Source: an uncultured Bdellovibrionales bacterium (GTDB taxonomy: Bacteria > Bdellovibrionota_C > UBA2361 > CAIXSY01). Taken from it: 64,000 bases of DNA. The notes beneath the pieces are model-generated. The model saw only the letters and a program-made list of their open reading frames with translations. It made no database searches and had not been told where the DNA came from. Made by a program: the position numbers and the translations under genes. Each line of letters opens with the position of its first letter. Position 1 is the first letter of the stretch. Location: NCBI GenBank assembly GCA_964510065.1, contig CAZEAC010000010.1, forward strand, positions 2,074-66,073. Direction: 5' to 3'. Positions 1 through 9,888 of this stretch are shown here, piece by piece.

Positions 1-46
1 TCTCACAATTCCAGGCACAGCTCTTGAACGTGGTGACTTATGGGGA

Positions 47-1060
47 GTGAGTGCCTATGCCGCCGGGAATCAAGCCTGGATGGCTGATGATGGCTCGCTG
101 TTTACCGATCTTAATTCCTTCGATTTTAACCATCCGCCGAATACTACTTTCCGCACCTATCGAAGCTTCGGTGGTGGAGTTCTTGGACTTCAGTCATATT
201 TAGTGATGAACGCGGGCTTCGATAATATTACCAGCGAAGACAACCCGAATGATGCTACTGAGAGAAGCTCAGGCGTCTCAAATGCATCGCGGCGAATGAT
301 GCGACGATGGTCGGTAAATAACTTTCGCGATATTCTGTGCCGTCAGGCGCCGCTCCTTCGCACCACTGATGTTTCAAATTTGGTGTCTGGGTATCTACAG
401 ACTGTCACGGATCCATCAAAGCAGCTTCCCTTTAGAACCTCTACAGGCTGCATGTCATGCCACGCGGCGCTTGACCCGATGGCCGCTACTGTGCGCGCGC
501 TCTTTTACAAAGAGAGCCTTATGCCCTGGGCAACACCGAGCGAAGTGGTCAATAATTTCGAATCAACATTTCGAATTACATTCTTTACCAAGAATTCACT
601 CAGGGCCGATGCGCTTACTCCAGTATTGCTTCCCGCCGAGGCCCCGGCAAATGGCGAATACTCCAATATGTCGCGAGATAGCAGTTTTTACCGGCGTCCG
701 AGCACGGGCGACCTTCGTTACCGAAGCTATGATGGCTCGCTGGTGTGGCAGCACTTCGCGGCGACTGGAGATAGCGACGGCCTTCAGAAAATGGGGCAGT
801 GGATCGCGGCGAACAGTAATGACCTGTATGTATGCGCGGCATCGAAGTATCTGAAGTTTTTCACGGGAATCGAGGTAAACTTACAAGATCCCGGGGATCC
901 ACGATTGCCCGCGATTTCGGCGGCGGACGCGCACTATCGTGATATTGCAGTCGACCTCGGTCTAAAACTTAAGTCGTCACAAAGCTTGCGTTCGCTGATA
1001 AGAGATATTTTGAGCTCAAATCTGTATCAAAAACGAGGTATGAGGGACGTCGCGCAATGA
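47..1060 (+). CDS. hypothetical protein, probably 5'-partial (reading frame is open back to the window start; GTG at 47); possibly the DUF1800-like partner of the downstream Tat-secreted protein
   Basis: Long ORF with no in-frame stop back to position 2. Its stop overlaps the next start (ATGA coupling at 1057-1060). No catalytic motif recognised. Confidence 0.45.
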   Translation: MSAYAAGNQAWMADDGSLFTDLNSFDFNHPPNTTFRTYRSFGGGVLGLQSYLVMNAGFDNITSEDNPNDATERSSGVSNASRRMMRRWSVNNFRDILCRQAPLLRTTDVSNLVSGYLQTVTDPSKQLPFRTSTGCMSCHAALDPMAATVRALFYKESLMPWATPSEVVNNFESTFRITFFTKNSLRADALTPVLLPAEAPANGEYSNMSRDSSFYRRPSTGDLRYRSYDGSLVWQHFAATGDSDGLQKMGQWIAANSNDLYVCAASKYLKFFTGIEVNLQDPGDPRLPAISAADAHYRDIAVDLGLKLKSSQSLRSLIRDILSSNLYQKRGMRDVAQ

Positions 1061-2700
1061 AGATAAGACAGAAAAAAGTTCCACGAGTGGTCACGCGACG
1101 CCAATTCCTTTCGATGGCGGGTGTGGGCGCGCTCTATTGTACCAATCCCGATCCGTTTCGCATGCTTTTCCGAAGCCTCATTGATGGACTTATTGCCAGC
1201 GCACAGGCGCAAAGCGGCGTTTCCGGGGCGAAAAATTATGTCTCCATTCTTTATCCCGGAGCGCCGACGCGCTGGGTTTGGGACGGATTCATGAATCCGA
1301 ATAACGAAACACTTTCCAAAAATAATTCGGTAGCCAATTGGCTCGTTCAGGACAGCTATCAGGCGACACCGGCGAGTAACTACTCGAATGTTACCTATAG
1401 AGCAGAGACTGTGGCTCTCCCGGGAGGTGGTTCAATATATCTGCCTCCGCTTTGGAATAGAAACATTCCAACAACATCTGGTGGTACAGTGCCGATGTCG
1501 AGTCTTCTCAATAATACTTTGATGATGCGCGGTATCGATATGCAGATTGACCTGGGTCATGGCGTCGGACCAGCAAAAGTACTCTTTCCCTTGGGAGCCA
1601 CTGCGAGCTTGACTGGCTTGGTCGGGGATAGCTCCGCAACGCCTATCCCGGTGATAGGTATGCGTGTCGGCGGAGGCGATTATGCCAATCCGATTAACCA
1701 GGGTTACAAGTCGTTAAAGGGCACTTCATCAACCTCAGTTCGATTCGGTAATCCTCCGAATCCGTTGGGCACTACACTTTCACCCTTTATTAACGAGGAT
1801 GCGACGGTGAAGGCAAACGCCGCGCAATTTAACTCCGCTCCCGTGCAGACCGCGCTTAAGAACGCAATGGCCGAGCTTAGTAATTATGCGAAAAGCTCGC
1901 TTCCAGGATCTGATGTGCTCTACAAGAACGCAAGCAACGCGCTTAAACTTTTCCAGACTGCATTTGGCGATCTACAAAATGTGGTCTATCCACCGCTTTA
2001 TAATAAGTATCAGAATCTGTGTCTGCAGTGTGCTCGAACTGCGATTCCCAATATCATTCCGACCAGCGGAAATGGGAAATATAATCTTGCCGCTGGAGAT
2101 TTTACGAGTGAGTTTGCTGGTCAGTTCGCTGTCGCAGAGTATCTTCTCACCAACGGCTACAGCGCGGCGATTTCAATGGCTTCCGAAAATAGCTGCGGTG
2201 TCGCCGGATTGGCGTCTTCGAATGATGAACACCTGGAGCCTGATAGGCAGCAAAGTTTAATCTCGCACAGTTATCAATTCCTTTCGCTATCAGCAATGCT
2301 GTACGAGCTGCGAAGAGTGCTCATCAGCAAAGGAATGTGGAGCAACACGGTTTTTCATGTGAGCGCAGAATATGGAAGGAGCCCACGAAATGACGGTACC
2401 GGCACCGACCACGGAACTGCATCTAATTCGATGACTATTATGTCGGGAGCAATCACCAAGCCATTATTTATCGGCAATATCAAAACCGAAGGCTATGCTA
2501 ACACGGAGTATATCGGTACTTGGGGCATAGCCGCGCCCGTGCTTACTAATAGCGGAACGCAGATAATCACCAACAATATTGCCGCATCAACCGTAGCTAC
2601 GCTTCTTGGGGTGCAAAATCCGATTTCGGCAGCAGCGCCTGTTATCGCGGTAAATGACTCTGGGGTTGTAAGCCTCGCGGAGGCTCCCAAGAACGTATAG
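1057..2700 (+). CDS. Tat-signal secreted protein, DUF1501-like (alkaline-phosphatase/sulfatase-superfamily-like) - tentative
   Basis: N-terminus carries a canonical twin-arginine motif, TRRQFLSMAGVGA. C-terminal region AEYGRSPRNDGTGTDHG resembles the conserved metal-site block of DUF1501 proteins. Translationally coupled to the upstream ORF, as in DUF1800/DUF1501 pairs. Confidence 0.4.
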   Translation: MKIRQKKVPRVVTRRQFLSMAGVGALYCTNPDPFRMLFRSLIDGLIASAQAQSGVSGAKNYVSILYPGAPTRWVWDGFMNPNNETLSKNNSVANWLVQDSYQATPASNYSNVTYRAETVALPGGGSIYLPPLWNRNIPTTSGGTVPMSSLLNNTLMMRGIDMQIDLGHGVGPAKVLFPLGATASLTGLVGDSSATPIPVIGMRVGGGDYANPINQGYKSLKGTSSTSVRFGNPPNPLGTTLSPFINEDATVKANAAQFNSAPVQTALKNAMAELSNYAKSSLPGSDVLYKNASNALKLFQTAFGDLQNVVYPPLYNKYQNLCLQCARTAIPNIIPTSGNGKYNLAAGDFTSEFAGQFAVAEYLLTNGYSAAISMASENSCGVAGLASSNDEHLEPDRQQSLISHSYQFLSLSAMLYELRRVLISKGMWSNTVFHVSAEYGRSPRNDGTGTDHGTASNSMTIMSGAITKPLFIGNIKTEGYANTEYIGTWGIAAPVLTNSGTQIITNNIAASTVATLLGVQNPISAAAPVIAVNDSGVVSLAEAPKNV

Positions 2701-2859
2701 CGTTAATATTGGAGCATGCGGTGTCAGGGCGCAGTGTCATGTGTTGAGAGCGCCGGAGCGTCGGCGCGAAAGACCCTGTTTTATATGAATCGCAAGTAGA
2801 GGATCCATCATCTCACCTCGGACATCTAATATTTTGTCGTCTCGTGGGAGATTTAGGAA

Positions 2860-3594
2860 ATGAGAATTAAAATCGAACTTCTTGGCATACTCTTTTTCGG
2901 GCTCGCCTGTTTTTGCCTACCCGCATTGGCTGAAGAGGGGGCCGTTGGCGATCTGATGAACGAAGAATTTGGGGATTTTATGGACGAGTCGGATTTTCCT
3001 GAGCCGGTGCATGAAGGACCAGACCCGACCTGTTCGCCGACTCCGACTCCAACAAGAACACCAACACCAACACCAACTCCTACGAGAACTCCGACTCCAA
3101 AGCCTAGCGCATCTCCAACTGCGACTCCCTATAAGAGAGCGGAAAATATTCGGATTCTTGGAGCAAATCGCTTGAAGTGTGCCGCAGACGACACCGAGAG
3201 AGCGGCGCCAAATCCTGGAATCTTTGGCCAGTCCATCTACGAACCACCGGGTAAGAAACATAGTCATTACGAAGCGGATTTCCGAATGGAGATACCGCTT
3301 AAACCTGATGTCATTATTACGAAAGTACTTGATGGAGTAACTTACACTGAAAAGTGCAGCTTTTCAAAGTTTGAGCTTGCTTCTTTAGTGAACAATAATC
3401 ACCGCGGCCCCTACTGCAATTGTGTAAAAGACCCCAGCACTTATTGTGAAGATGTAATTGCCAAACTTAAGGAGCGACGTAAGTCTTACTGTGATAATAT
3501 GGATGCCACAATAAAGCCCTGTTACGATTGTGATAATGGCCCGGAGCCGACCTGCTCGACCAAGGATATTCCGCAGTGCGGCACCTGCGACTAG
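2860..3594 (+). CDS. secreted Cys-rich protein with a Pro-Thr (PTPTPTRTPTPTPTPTRTPTPKP) linker
   Basis: Signal peptide MRIKIELLGILFFGLACFCLPALA. Acidic segment followed by a PT-repeat linker. C-terminal domain contains more than 12 Cys (CxxC-like pairs, CYDCDNG...CGTCD). Confidence 0.6.
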   Translation: MRIKIELLGILFFGLACFCLPALAEEGAVGDLMNEEFGDFMDESDFPEPVHEGPDPTCSPTPTPTRTPTPTPTPTRTPTPKPSASPTATPYKRAENIRILGANRLKCAADDTERAAPNPGIFGQSIYEPPGKKHSHYEADFRMEIPLKPDVIITKVLDGVTYTEKCSFSKFELASLVNNNHRGPYCNCVKDPSTYCEDVIAKLKERRKSYCDNMDATIKPCYDCDNGPEPTCSTKDIPQCGTCD

Positions 3595-3617
3595 CTTGAC
3601 GTTGAGATAGGGCCTAG

Positions 3618-3674
3618 CTCTCCGTGTCTCTGTGGTTTTTTGAAAATAAGATAAACCACAGAGACACGGAGAGC
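3618..3674. repeat. palindromic element, copy 1 (perfect 21-bp inverted repeat CTCTCCGTGTCTCTGTGGTTT / AAACCACAGAGACACGGAGAG with a 15-nt AT-rich loop)
   Basis: Read directly from the sequence. Lies between convergent gene ends (2860-3594 + and 3703-7254 -). A near-identical copy occurs at 33158-33206. Confidence 0.8.
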
Positions 3675-3702
3675 ACAGAGATGGAGCTGTGAGAAGTCCA
3701 GG

Positions 3703-6700
3703 CTAACCATCGCGTAAGATTCCTGGATCTGCGCCGATTGTGTAAAGATATATTTTCTTAGGAGAAGACTTCTCAAGCCGCGTCAACGTTTGACGCGCAC
3801 GGAGTAGCCGGCGCATAAGCATTTTCCTGTCCTCATCCGAGATAACGTCAGGGCCTTGTAGGTACGTCTGTATAGATTCTACCCCCGAGCGCCAATGCGA
3901 AAGCTGCCTTTCGTGAAGAGTTCTGAGCCGTGCGCCGCGGTACCATTCTGCTCGCAGCATTGTTTGAAGCGTAAAGAACTTTCGAAGTGAAGGATCATGG
4001 AGAGTACGTCCTTGGTAGTGCCCATCACGCATAATATGGAGCAGTGCCTTAAGCGGTGGACAGGCGAGGTTAATGCTGCCATCTTGAAAATAGCGTTCAG
4101 CTACTACTCGCTGTGATTCAGTGATTGTACGAAGGCCCTCCGCAAATATCTCGCGGCTTTGAAGTTCGGGCTGTAACATTTCACGAGTGAAAACTTGATT
4201 CGGCCTGTCGTAGACCCGCGCAATAAATTTATCAAAATTGTGGATACGATAGCCAAGCCGGCTTGCGAGAAGCGTCTCACCCTTAAACTTGAAATCCTGC
4301 ATTTTTACCAGATGCCCCGCTTTGATAAGGAATCTAGGGTCGCGCTCCTCAGGTTTCATACGCGCCCAGATCTCGGCGACAAGTAAGCTAATATCATGAT
4401 CGACTCTAATATAGGGGCCGATGTATCCCGCAGCGGTCACAAAGATGCTCTCTTGAGTGAGAAGATGGGTGACGAATCGATCATTGAGGTCATGAATCGG
4501 GAGCAAACAGTTAAAGGGCCCCTTGGTGAGTGCTCCCTCCGATTCAACCTGCGTGGCGAATGTCGAAGGCGACTTTCCGGTGAGACTCGAAATCAGGTCG
4601 ATAAATGCCTCAGGTGTTTCGCGGTAGTGGATCGGATTGTAGACACACAGTGGCGGAATTCCCAGTTTTCTATCCGGCGGATTAAGACGGTGGCCGGTGA
4701 GAACATCGGTCGTGGGAAATAGCACTGGTTTGTCGATACCGATTTTTCGTGAGAGCCGTTCGCCGATCTCGGCGATATGTGCTCGAAATTCATAATCGCC
4801 GCGTCGCATCTTCTCTAAAAAACGTTGGTTCTTGCTGAGCTGCCCATCGGCATCGATGACAGGCTCCGAAGAGATAGCTAAAAAACCTTCCTGGCCGTCA
4901 CACCTGGCAGCTCGGATTATGCGTTCCTGCATAGGCGCGGTATATTTGTCGAACTTTAGCCGATCTTCCACCAGGTCACGTGTCTCAGCGATTTCAATGG
5001 CTCGGGAGTTGCTAAGAAAAAGTCCATGCGACGCGCCGTACTGCTCTTCCGTCGGTACATCATAACCAGGGTGTATTGCGTCGTCGGGTCGCTGAAAGAG
5101 CCGATATTCCGGGTTTTTGTTGAATTTATAGGCCGGAGCAATTCGATCGCTTGCGACGAGATCCTTTACGAGTCGTCGCGGGACGATTACCGTGCCGGTA
5201 ATATCGTCGAGCTCTTGCACCTTCTCGGCCGCCTCAACGTCCAGCCGCAATGAGAACAGGCGTGGCTCGCCTTTCTCGTCAAAACCAACGCGCACATAGC
5301 GTGCCATCAGCTTTCTGCCGTTAAAGTGCAGTTCACGACCCTTCTCGCCGTTAAATCCCGGAGCGCTAAAACACTTTTGCCACTCACCCATGCTCGGCCG
5401 CCAAAGCTCTTTGACAATTATAACCATCTCGCGAATGTGACTCGGGATGTTATTCAGCCATCTGTTGTATTGTGTTGTGTACTCAGCGGCGGGAGTAAGC
5501 AGCTTAATCACCGATCCGAGCGTGCGTTCGCGGCCTAAAATTGGGCGATTCTTGGTGGGTCTTTCATCTCGAAATCTTCCGCTAAAATCATGTGACAGCA
5601 CTTTCGCCACCATTGCGAGATCGTCATCTAAGTTTTCAATTCGTACAGGCCCGGTTTGCAGTGAGAGCTCGAATGGCTTGGCCACCTCGGATTTTCCGCC
5701 CCCCGAGACGGTCGAAGGCTTGTCGTAATAGATCCCATTCGCCGCGGTAGCGACTAAATGCCAGGAGCCGTCACGATCCTTCTTCGTGCATATTTTTATT
5801 CCGCTCGGATGAATATAGGTCGCTCGAAAGTCAAGTCTATACTTGATACTCTGTGCAGCGCTGCGCCAGCACACGCTCGATGTCTCAAGATCTATTATTG
5901 CATTGGAAGGCAGGTAGATTAAGTTCGGAAACTTTTTACAACGCGCGTACCCGCTTGGGTGGAGCACAATGCTATCTTTGAGCAGCTTCACTACGTCGGC
6001 GAACGTGCGCGGGGTCTCAACCTGCGAGCCGTCAAAGTTATCGCCGATGTTTGAGCGTCTATAGATTCGCGCGCCGCCCGAATGCTCCTCAGGGCCCTCA
6101 CCGTTAATATTTGCCGCGAAAGAAAGCTGAGTCTTTATTTCTTTTTTTGAGTAGCCAAAATAGTTGTCGCCGATAATGGTGACGACCACACCCGAGCGAA
6201 GCCGCAACGTAACTTTGTAGGGCTGGCCGCCGTTATAGAGTTCACTCTCGTCTTTGTAATAATGGTTCTTCTCGCGTTCTTCTGCGTCAGCCTGATCAAA
6301 ATGTTTAAAACCAAGCTCCTTTTTTGTAGCGCCGCAAATATGCGGAGCGAGAATGATGCACGTTGAAACTCCGCTCCATCTTTCCGGATCGAACTCGGCG
6401 TCGGAAGGTCGATGGTAGGGGTATCCGGCATTACCAAAAATCTGCTCCACGAAATCGAGATTGCTAATCAAACTTGCGGGAGCGAAATAGCGAACGTCGA
6501 TATAGCGCTCGGTATATTCGCGAAATCCATCGGGTAAAAGCGAGATCCCAGGAAGTGCCGGCTGTAGTGCGGGTCGAAGGTGCATTGAGACCAACGTTTT
6601 GTAGGGATTTTTGGCTTTGGCAGTAAACGGCAAAATTAGATCCTCTGCCGGTGGTGAGAATGCATGCTGTAACATTTTTGCGAAGACATACGGCGGGACC

Positions 6701-7254
6701 GCGATCTTATCTGCGGGAATGGGAAAGTCTCCTTCGCAAATATGAAACGAGCCCTTGGTTGTGCGCCGCGAGTTTCGAGGATTGTGAAGTACCCCCTGCC
6801 GATCGACAAGTCGATAAGACTTGAGCCACTTAGATTGAAAGGTGATGCCATCAAAAGGAAGCGAGGCAATTGTTGAAAGTCCCTCACGATCCATTATCAG
6901 ATGGTTTCCTCGCGCCGGGAGATGAAATGCTATCGGGTGGCCGGCTTCCGCAAGAAAGCGATTCACCGCGTTTTGAATCCTCTCATCAACCCGGGCGATT
7001 TCATGAGTCCGAGACAACGTTGAGGATCGAAGCTCTTGGGCAAGTGCTGGTGGAAATCCCGCGCGCCCTCGTGCCGGCGCGTATCCATGGCGCTCAAGCT
7101 TCATCCATAAAATCTGAGTCAGCTCGCGTTCAAGGTCAGTCGGTGGGAGAGCAGCAATCCTCCCTCTGGCGAGTTTGGCGGGGTGCAGAGCCTCTCCGCG
7201 AAGATTTCGGGCAGTAGGTGACCTGGGAGGAGCTGCAACGTCTTTGTGATACAT
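3703..7254 (-). CDS. large conserved hypothetical cytoplasmic protein (1183 aa); the size class matches PPi-type PEP carboxykinase, but this is speculative
   Basis: Uninterrupted 3.55-kb ORF. No signal peptide or TM segments. No Walker or other motif recognised. The PPi-PEPCK suggestion rests on length alone. Confidence 0.5.
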   Translation of the reverse strand: MYHKDVAAPPRSPTARNLRGEALHPAKLARGRIAALPPTDLERELTQILWMKLERHGYAPARGRAGFPPALAQELRSSTLSRTHEIARVDERIQNAVNRFLAEAGHPIAFHLPARGNHLIMDREGLSTIASLPFDGITFQSKWLKSYRLVDRQGVLHNPRNSRRTTKGSFHICEGDFPIPADKIAVPPYVFAKMLQHAFSPPAEDLILPFTAKAKNPYKTLVSMHLRPALQPALPGISLLPDGFREYTERYIDVRYFAPASLISNLDFVEQIFGNAGYPYHRPSDAEFDPERWSGVSTCIILAPHICGATKKELGFKHFDQADAEEREKNHYYKDESELYNGGQPYKVTLRLRSGVVVTIIGDNYFGYSKKEIKTQLSFAANINGEGPEEHSGGARIYRRSNIGDNFDGSQVETPRTFADVVKLLKDSIVLHPSGYARCKKFPNLIYLPSNAIIDLETSSVCWRSAAQSIKYRLDFRATYIHPSGIKICTKKDRDGSWHLVATAANGIYYDKPSTVSGGGKSEVAKPFELSLQTGPVRIENLDDDLAMVAKVLSHDFSGRFRDERPTKNRPILGRERTLGSVIKLLTPAAEYTTQYNRWLNNIPSHIREMVIIVKELWRPSMGEWQKCFSAPGFNGEKGRELHFNGRKLMARYVRVGFDEKGEPRLFSLRLDVEAAEKVQELDDITGTVIVPRRLVKDLVASDRIAPAYKFNKNPEYRLFQRPDDAIHPGYDVPTEEQYGASHGLFLSNSRAIEIAETRDLVEDRLKFDKYTAPMQERIIRAARCDGQEGFLAISSEPVIDADGQLSKNQRFLEKMRRGDYEFRAHIAEIGERLSRKIGIDKPVLFPTTDVLTGHRLNPPDRKLGIPPLCVYNPIHYRETPEAFIDLISSLTGKSPSTFATQVESEGALTKGPFNCLLPIHDLNDRFVTHLLTQESIFVTAAGYIGPYIRVDHDISLLVAEIWARMKPEERDPRFLIKAGHLVKMQDFKFKGETLLASRLGYRIHNFDKFIARVYDRPNQVFTREMLQPELQSREIFAEGLRTITESQRVVAERYFQDGSINLACPPLKALLHIMRDGHYQGRTLHDPSLRKFFTLQTMLRAEWYRGARLRTLHERQLSHWRSGVESIQTYLQGPDVISDEDRKMLMRRLLRARQTLTRLEKSSPKKIYLYTIGADPGILRDG

Positions 7255-7401
7255 CGTTCTGTCGATTTAAGCGACAAACCTAAGAGGATAGAGCTGAGGT
7301 TGTCAAAAAATCAAGGAAAAAAGTGCCTTCCGACAGGGCTCCTCAATCTCCCAAAAAGCGTGTAAAAGAGGGTGTTTTGGTGCAAGCTCTGAAAGGAAGT
7401 T

Positions 7402-9117
7402 ATGAACTCGGAAATAGCTAAAAAGATGAATGAAGCTGGGGAATCTGCCCCCGCGCCTGTTGATTTTATTCGCGACATTATCAATGAGGATCTCCGAGTC
7501 GGTAAGAACGGGAAGCGAGTCGCCACTCGATTTCCGCCCGAACCAAACGGCTACCTCCATATTGGGCACGCGAAATCAATCTGTCTCAACTTTGGAATCG
7601 CCAAGGATTATAGCGGAACCTGCAACCTGCGCATGGACGATAGTAACCCCTGTAAAGAGGAGCAGGAGTACGTTGACTCAATTAAGCACGACGTCAAATG
7701 GCTTGGCTTTTCTTGGAGCAACGAGTGTCACGCCTCGGATTATTTCGAGCAGATGTATAAGTATGCCGAAGATTTAATATGCAAAGGAAAGGCATACGTT
7801 TGTAGCCTCACCGCCGACCAGGTGCGCGAGTATCGAGGCACACCTACAGAGCCCGGAAAAAATAGTCCTGACCGAGATCGTCCCGTTGCCGAGAGCCTCG
7901 ATCTTTTCCGTCGCATGCGCGCGGGTGAGTTTCCGGATGGCAAATATACGTTGCGCGCAAAGATTGACATGGCTTCGCCAAATTTTAATCTTCGTGACCC
8001 CGCGCTCTACCGCATCCGCCATACCTCGCATCAAAGGACCGGCGACACTTGGTGCATCTATCCGATGTATGACTACTGTCACTGTGTATCGGACGCGCTG
8101 GAAAAAATTACTCATTCTATTTGTACGCTTGAATTCGAGGACCATCGTCCGCTCTATGACTGGTGTCTTGATAATCTCGATGTGCCGAGTCATCCACAGC
8201 AGATTGAATTTGCGCGGCTTAATCTCACGTATACCGTGCTTAGTAAGAGGAAGCTTCTTGATTTGGTGAAAAGCGGTACTCTCTCAGGGTGGGATGACCC
8301 ACGCATGCCGAGTATTGCTGGAATTAGGCGGCGCGGCTACACGCCCGAGGCGATTCGTGAATTCTGCGCGCGAATTGGCGTGGCTAAGGCTAATAGCACT
8401 GTAGACGCTGATCTGCTCGATTTTTGTTTGCGAGAGGATCTGAATAAGAAGGCGCGAAGGGTAATGGCGGTACTGAACCCGCTCAAAGTCGTGCTTATTA
8501 ACTTTCCGGAAGGAAAAGGCCAGGAGCTTGAAGCCCAGAACAATCCCGAGGACCCCTCGGCAGGAACACGCAAAATTACGCTGACCAGAGAGATTTACGT
8601 CGAAGCCGATGATTTTATGGAGAATCCGCCGAAGAAATTTTTCCGGCTGTTTCCCGGAAATGAAGTTCGTCTAAAACATGGCTACATTATCAAGTGCGAA
8701 AAGGTGCTGAAAGATGCAAGTGGCACCGTGACCGAGCTTCATTGCAGCTACGATCCGGCGACTCTTAGCGGGAGCGGAGAAGAGGGGCGCAAAGTTAAAG
8801 GAACGCTTCACTGGGTGTCCGCGGCGAATGCTATTAACGCTGAAGTTCGTGTCTACGATCGACTTTTCGCGGTTGAAAATCCCGACGATGTCGCCGAAGG
8901 CGAAGATTGGAAGAAAAATATTAATGCGAAGTCACTTGAAGTTGTGCGTCATGCAAAGCTTGAACCTTCGCTCGCTGAGGCCAAAGCCGGTGATCATTTT
9001 CAGTTTTTACGTTTGGGTTATTTCTTTGTCGATCCGCGTGACTCGAAACCAGGCGTACCGGTGTTTAACCGAACGGTCACGCTTCGCGATACCTGGGCGA
9101 AGATTCAGAAGAAATAA
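7402..9117 (+). CDS. glnS: glutaminyl-tRNA synthetase
   Basis: [29 protein letters not shown] (HIGH motif) is nearly identical to the E. coli GlnRS N-terminus. VLSKRKL matches the KMSKS-like region. AGGAAG ribosome-binding site lies 6 nt upstream of the ATG. Confidence 0.95.
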   Translation: MNSEIAKKMNEAGESAPAPVDFIRDIINEDLRVGKNGKRVATRFPPEPNGYLHIGHAKSICLNFGIAKDYSGTCNLRMDDSNPCKEEQEYVDSIKHDVKWLGFSWSNECHASDYFEQMYKYAEDLICKGKAYVCSLTADQVREYRGTPTEPGKNSPDRDRPVAESLDLFRRMRAGEFPDGKYTLRAKIDMASPNFNLRDPALYRIRHTSHQRTGDTWCIYPMYDYCHCVSDALEKITHSICTLEFEDHRPLYDWCLDNLDVPSHPQQIEFARLNLTYTVLSKRKLLDLVKSGTLSGWDDPRMPSIAGIRRRGYTPEAIREFCARIGVAKANSTVDADLLDFCLREDLNKKARRVMAVLNPLKVVLINFPEGKGQELEAQNNPEDPSAGTRKITLTREIYVEADDFMENPPKKFFRLFPGNEVRLKHGYIIKCEKVLKDASGTVTELHCSYDPATLSGSGEEGRKVKGTLHWVSAANAINAEVRVYDRLFAVENPDDVAEGEDWKKNINAKSLEVVRHAKLEPSLAEAKAGDHFQFLRLGYFFVDPRDSKPGVPVFNRTVTLRDTWAKIQKK

Positions 9118-9119
9118 CA

Positions 9120-9200
9120 TCTGGACACCCAAACTCTTTTTCGTCCTAAGCCATCAAATTCACTCGAACTATTTTGCAGAAAGTTTGGGTGTCCAGATCG
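9120..9200. terminator. inverted repeat (17-20 bp arms, ATCTGGACACCCAAACT...AGTTTGGGTGTCCAGAT, ~42-nt loop) 3 nt after the glnS stop; possible terminator or another palindromic element
   Basis: Read directly. No U-tract follows, so this is not a classical intrinsic terminator. Confidence 0.35.
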
Positions 9201-9318
9201 CCATCCCCAATTTACGCCTCCTCGCGACGAAACCCGTGAGAAGTCCGGGCTAGTGCGCATGAGCGCAGTGTCGATATTTTTCGCATAACTTAGGTAGTCT
9301 CTGAAAAGGCAAGGTTTT

Positions 9319-9879
9319 ATGAGATTGCCGATAGTACTAATAATGCTGAGTATTTGCTCCCCGCTGCACTCGCAGGCTCCTTGGCCCAAAACACTCGAGA
9401 CCTTAACTGACGAGTCATTTACCGAGATTAAGGCGAGCACGCTCCATAAAGATATTTCTATAATGCAACGTGAAGATATCGATCAAAGCAAGCGCGTTCT
9501 TGGAATCTTGAAGCGCGATCTCAATCAAGACGGAACAAAGGAGATACTCATTGAGCATGATTTGGGGGCAGGTGGAGGCGCATATTATTCAATTTACCAG
9601 CAGCGTGGAGACAAACTCACTGCTATCGCAGAACTTCAGGGTAGTGAAATTGCCATTCTCGCCCCTTTCAATCACTTTGCGCAAATTGAACTTTGGAGTG
9701 GGTCGGGTGTCGAATATGAAATTCGCCTCCTCATGCGTTACATCAGGGGGCGCTATCGTTGTGTCCGCGTCGATCGCTTTAAAATTGACGGCGATACGCG
9801 CCGGTATCTAGAAACTGAAACTATTGATCAGTCAGACAAAGGAGAACGTGATAACCCCGCGACTTGGGAGATCAACTAA
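9319..9879 (+). CDS. secreted hypothetical protein
   Basis: Signal peptide MRLPIVLIMLSICSPLHSQA. No recognised domain. Confidence 0.5.
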   Translation: MRLPIVLIMLSICSPLHSQAPWPKTLETLTDESFTEIKASTLHKDISIMQREDIDQSKRVLGILKRDLNQDGTKEILIEHDLGAGGGAYYSIYQQRGDKLTAIAELQGSEIAILAPFNHFAQIELWSGSGVEYEIRLLMRYIRGRYRCVRVDRFKIDGDTRRYLETETIDQSDKGERDNPATWEIN

Positions 9880-9888
9880 GGGGCTCGA

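Noticed and set aside
369-854. 161-aa plus-strand ORF in an alternative frame, and a 75-aa minus ORF (615-842)
   Set aside because: They are nested inside the longer 47-1060 ORF. The peptides are Arg/Pro/Cys-rich and low-complexity, so they look like frame artefacts.
2917-3267. 116-aa minus ORF and 68-aa plus ORF (2969-3175) overlapping the PT-linker gene
   Set aside because: These are artefacts of the hexanucleotide PT repeat and give RS/WC-rich nonsense peptides.
3618-3674. Hairpin considered as a rho-independent terminator
   Set aside because: The stem is strong, but it is followed by no U-tract on either strand, and an identical element occurs in a promoter-side intergenic region at 33.2 kb. 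It is better described as a dispersed palindromic element.
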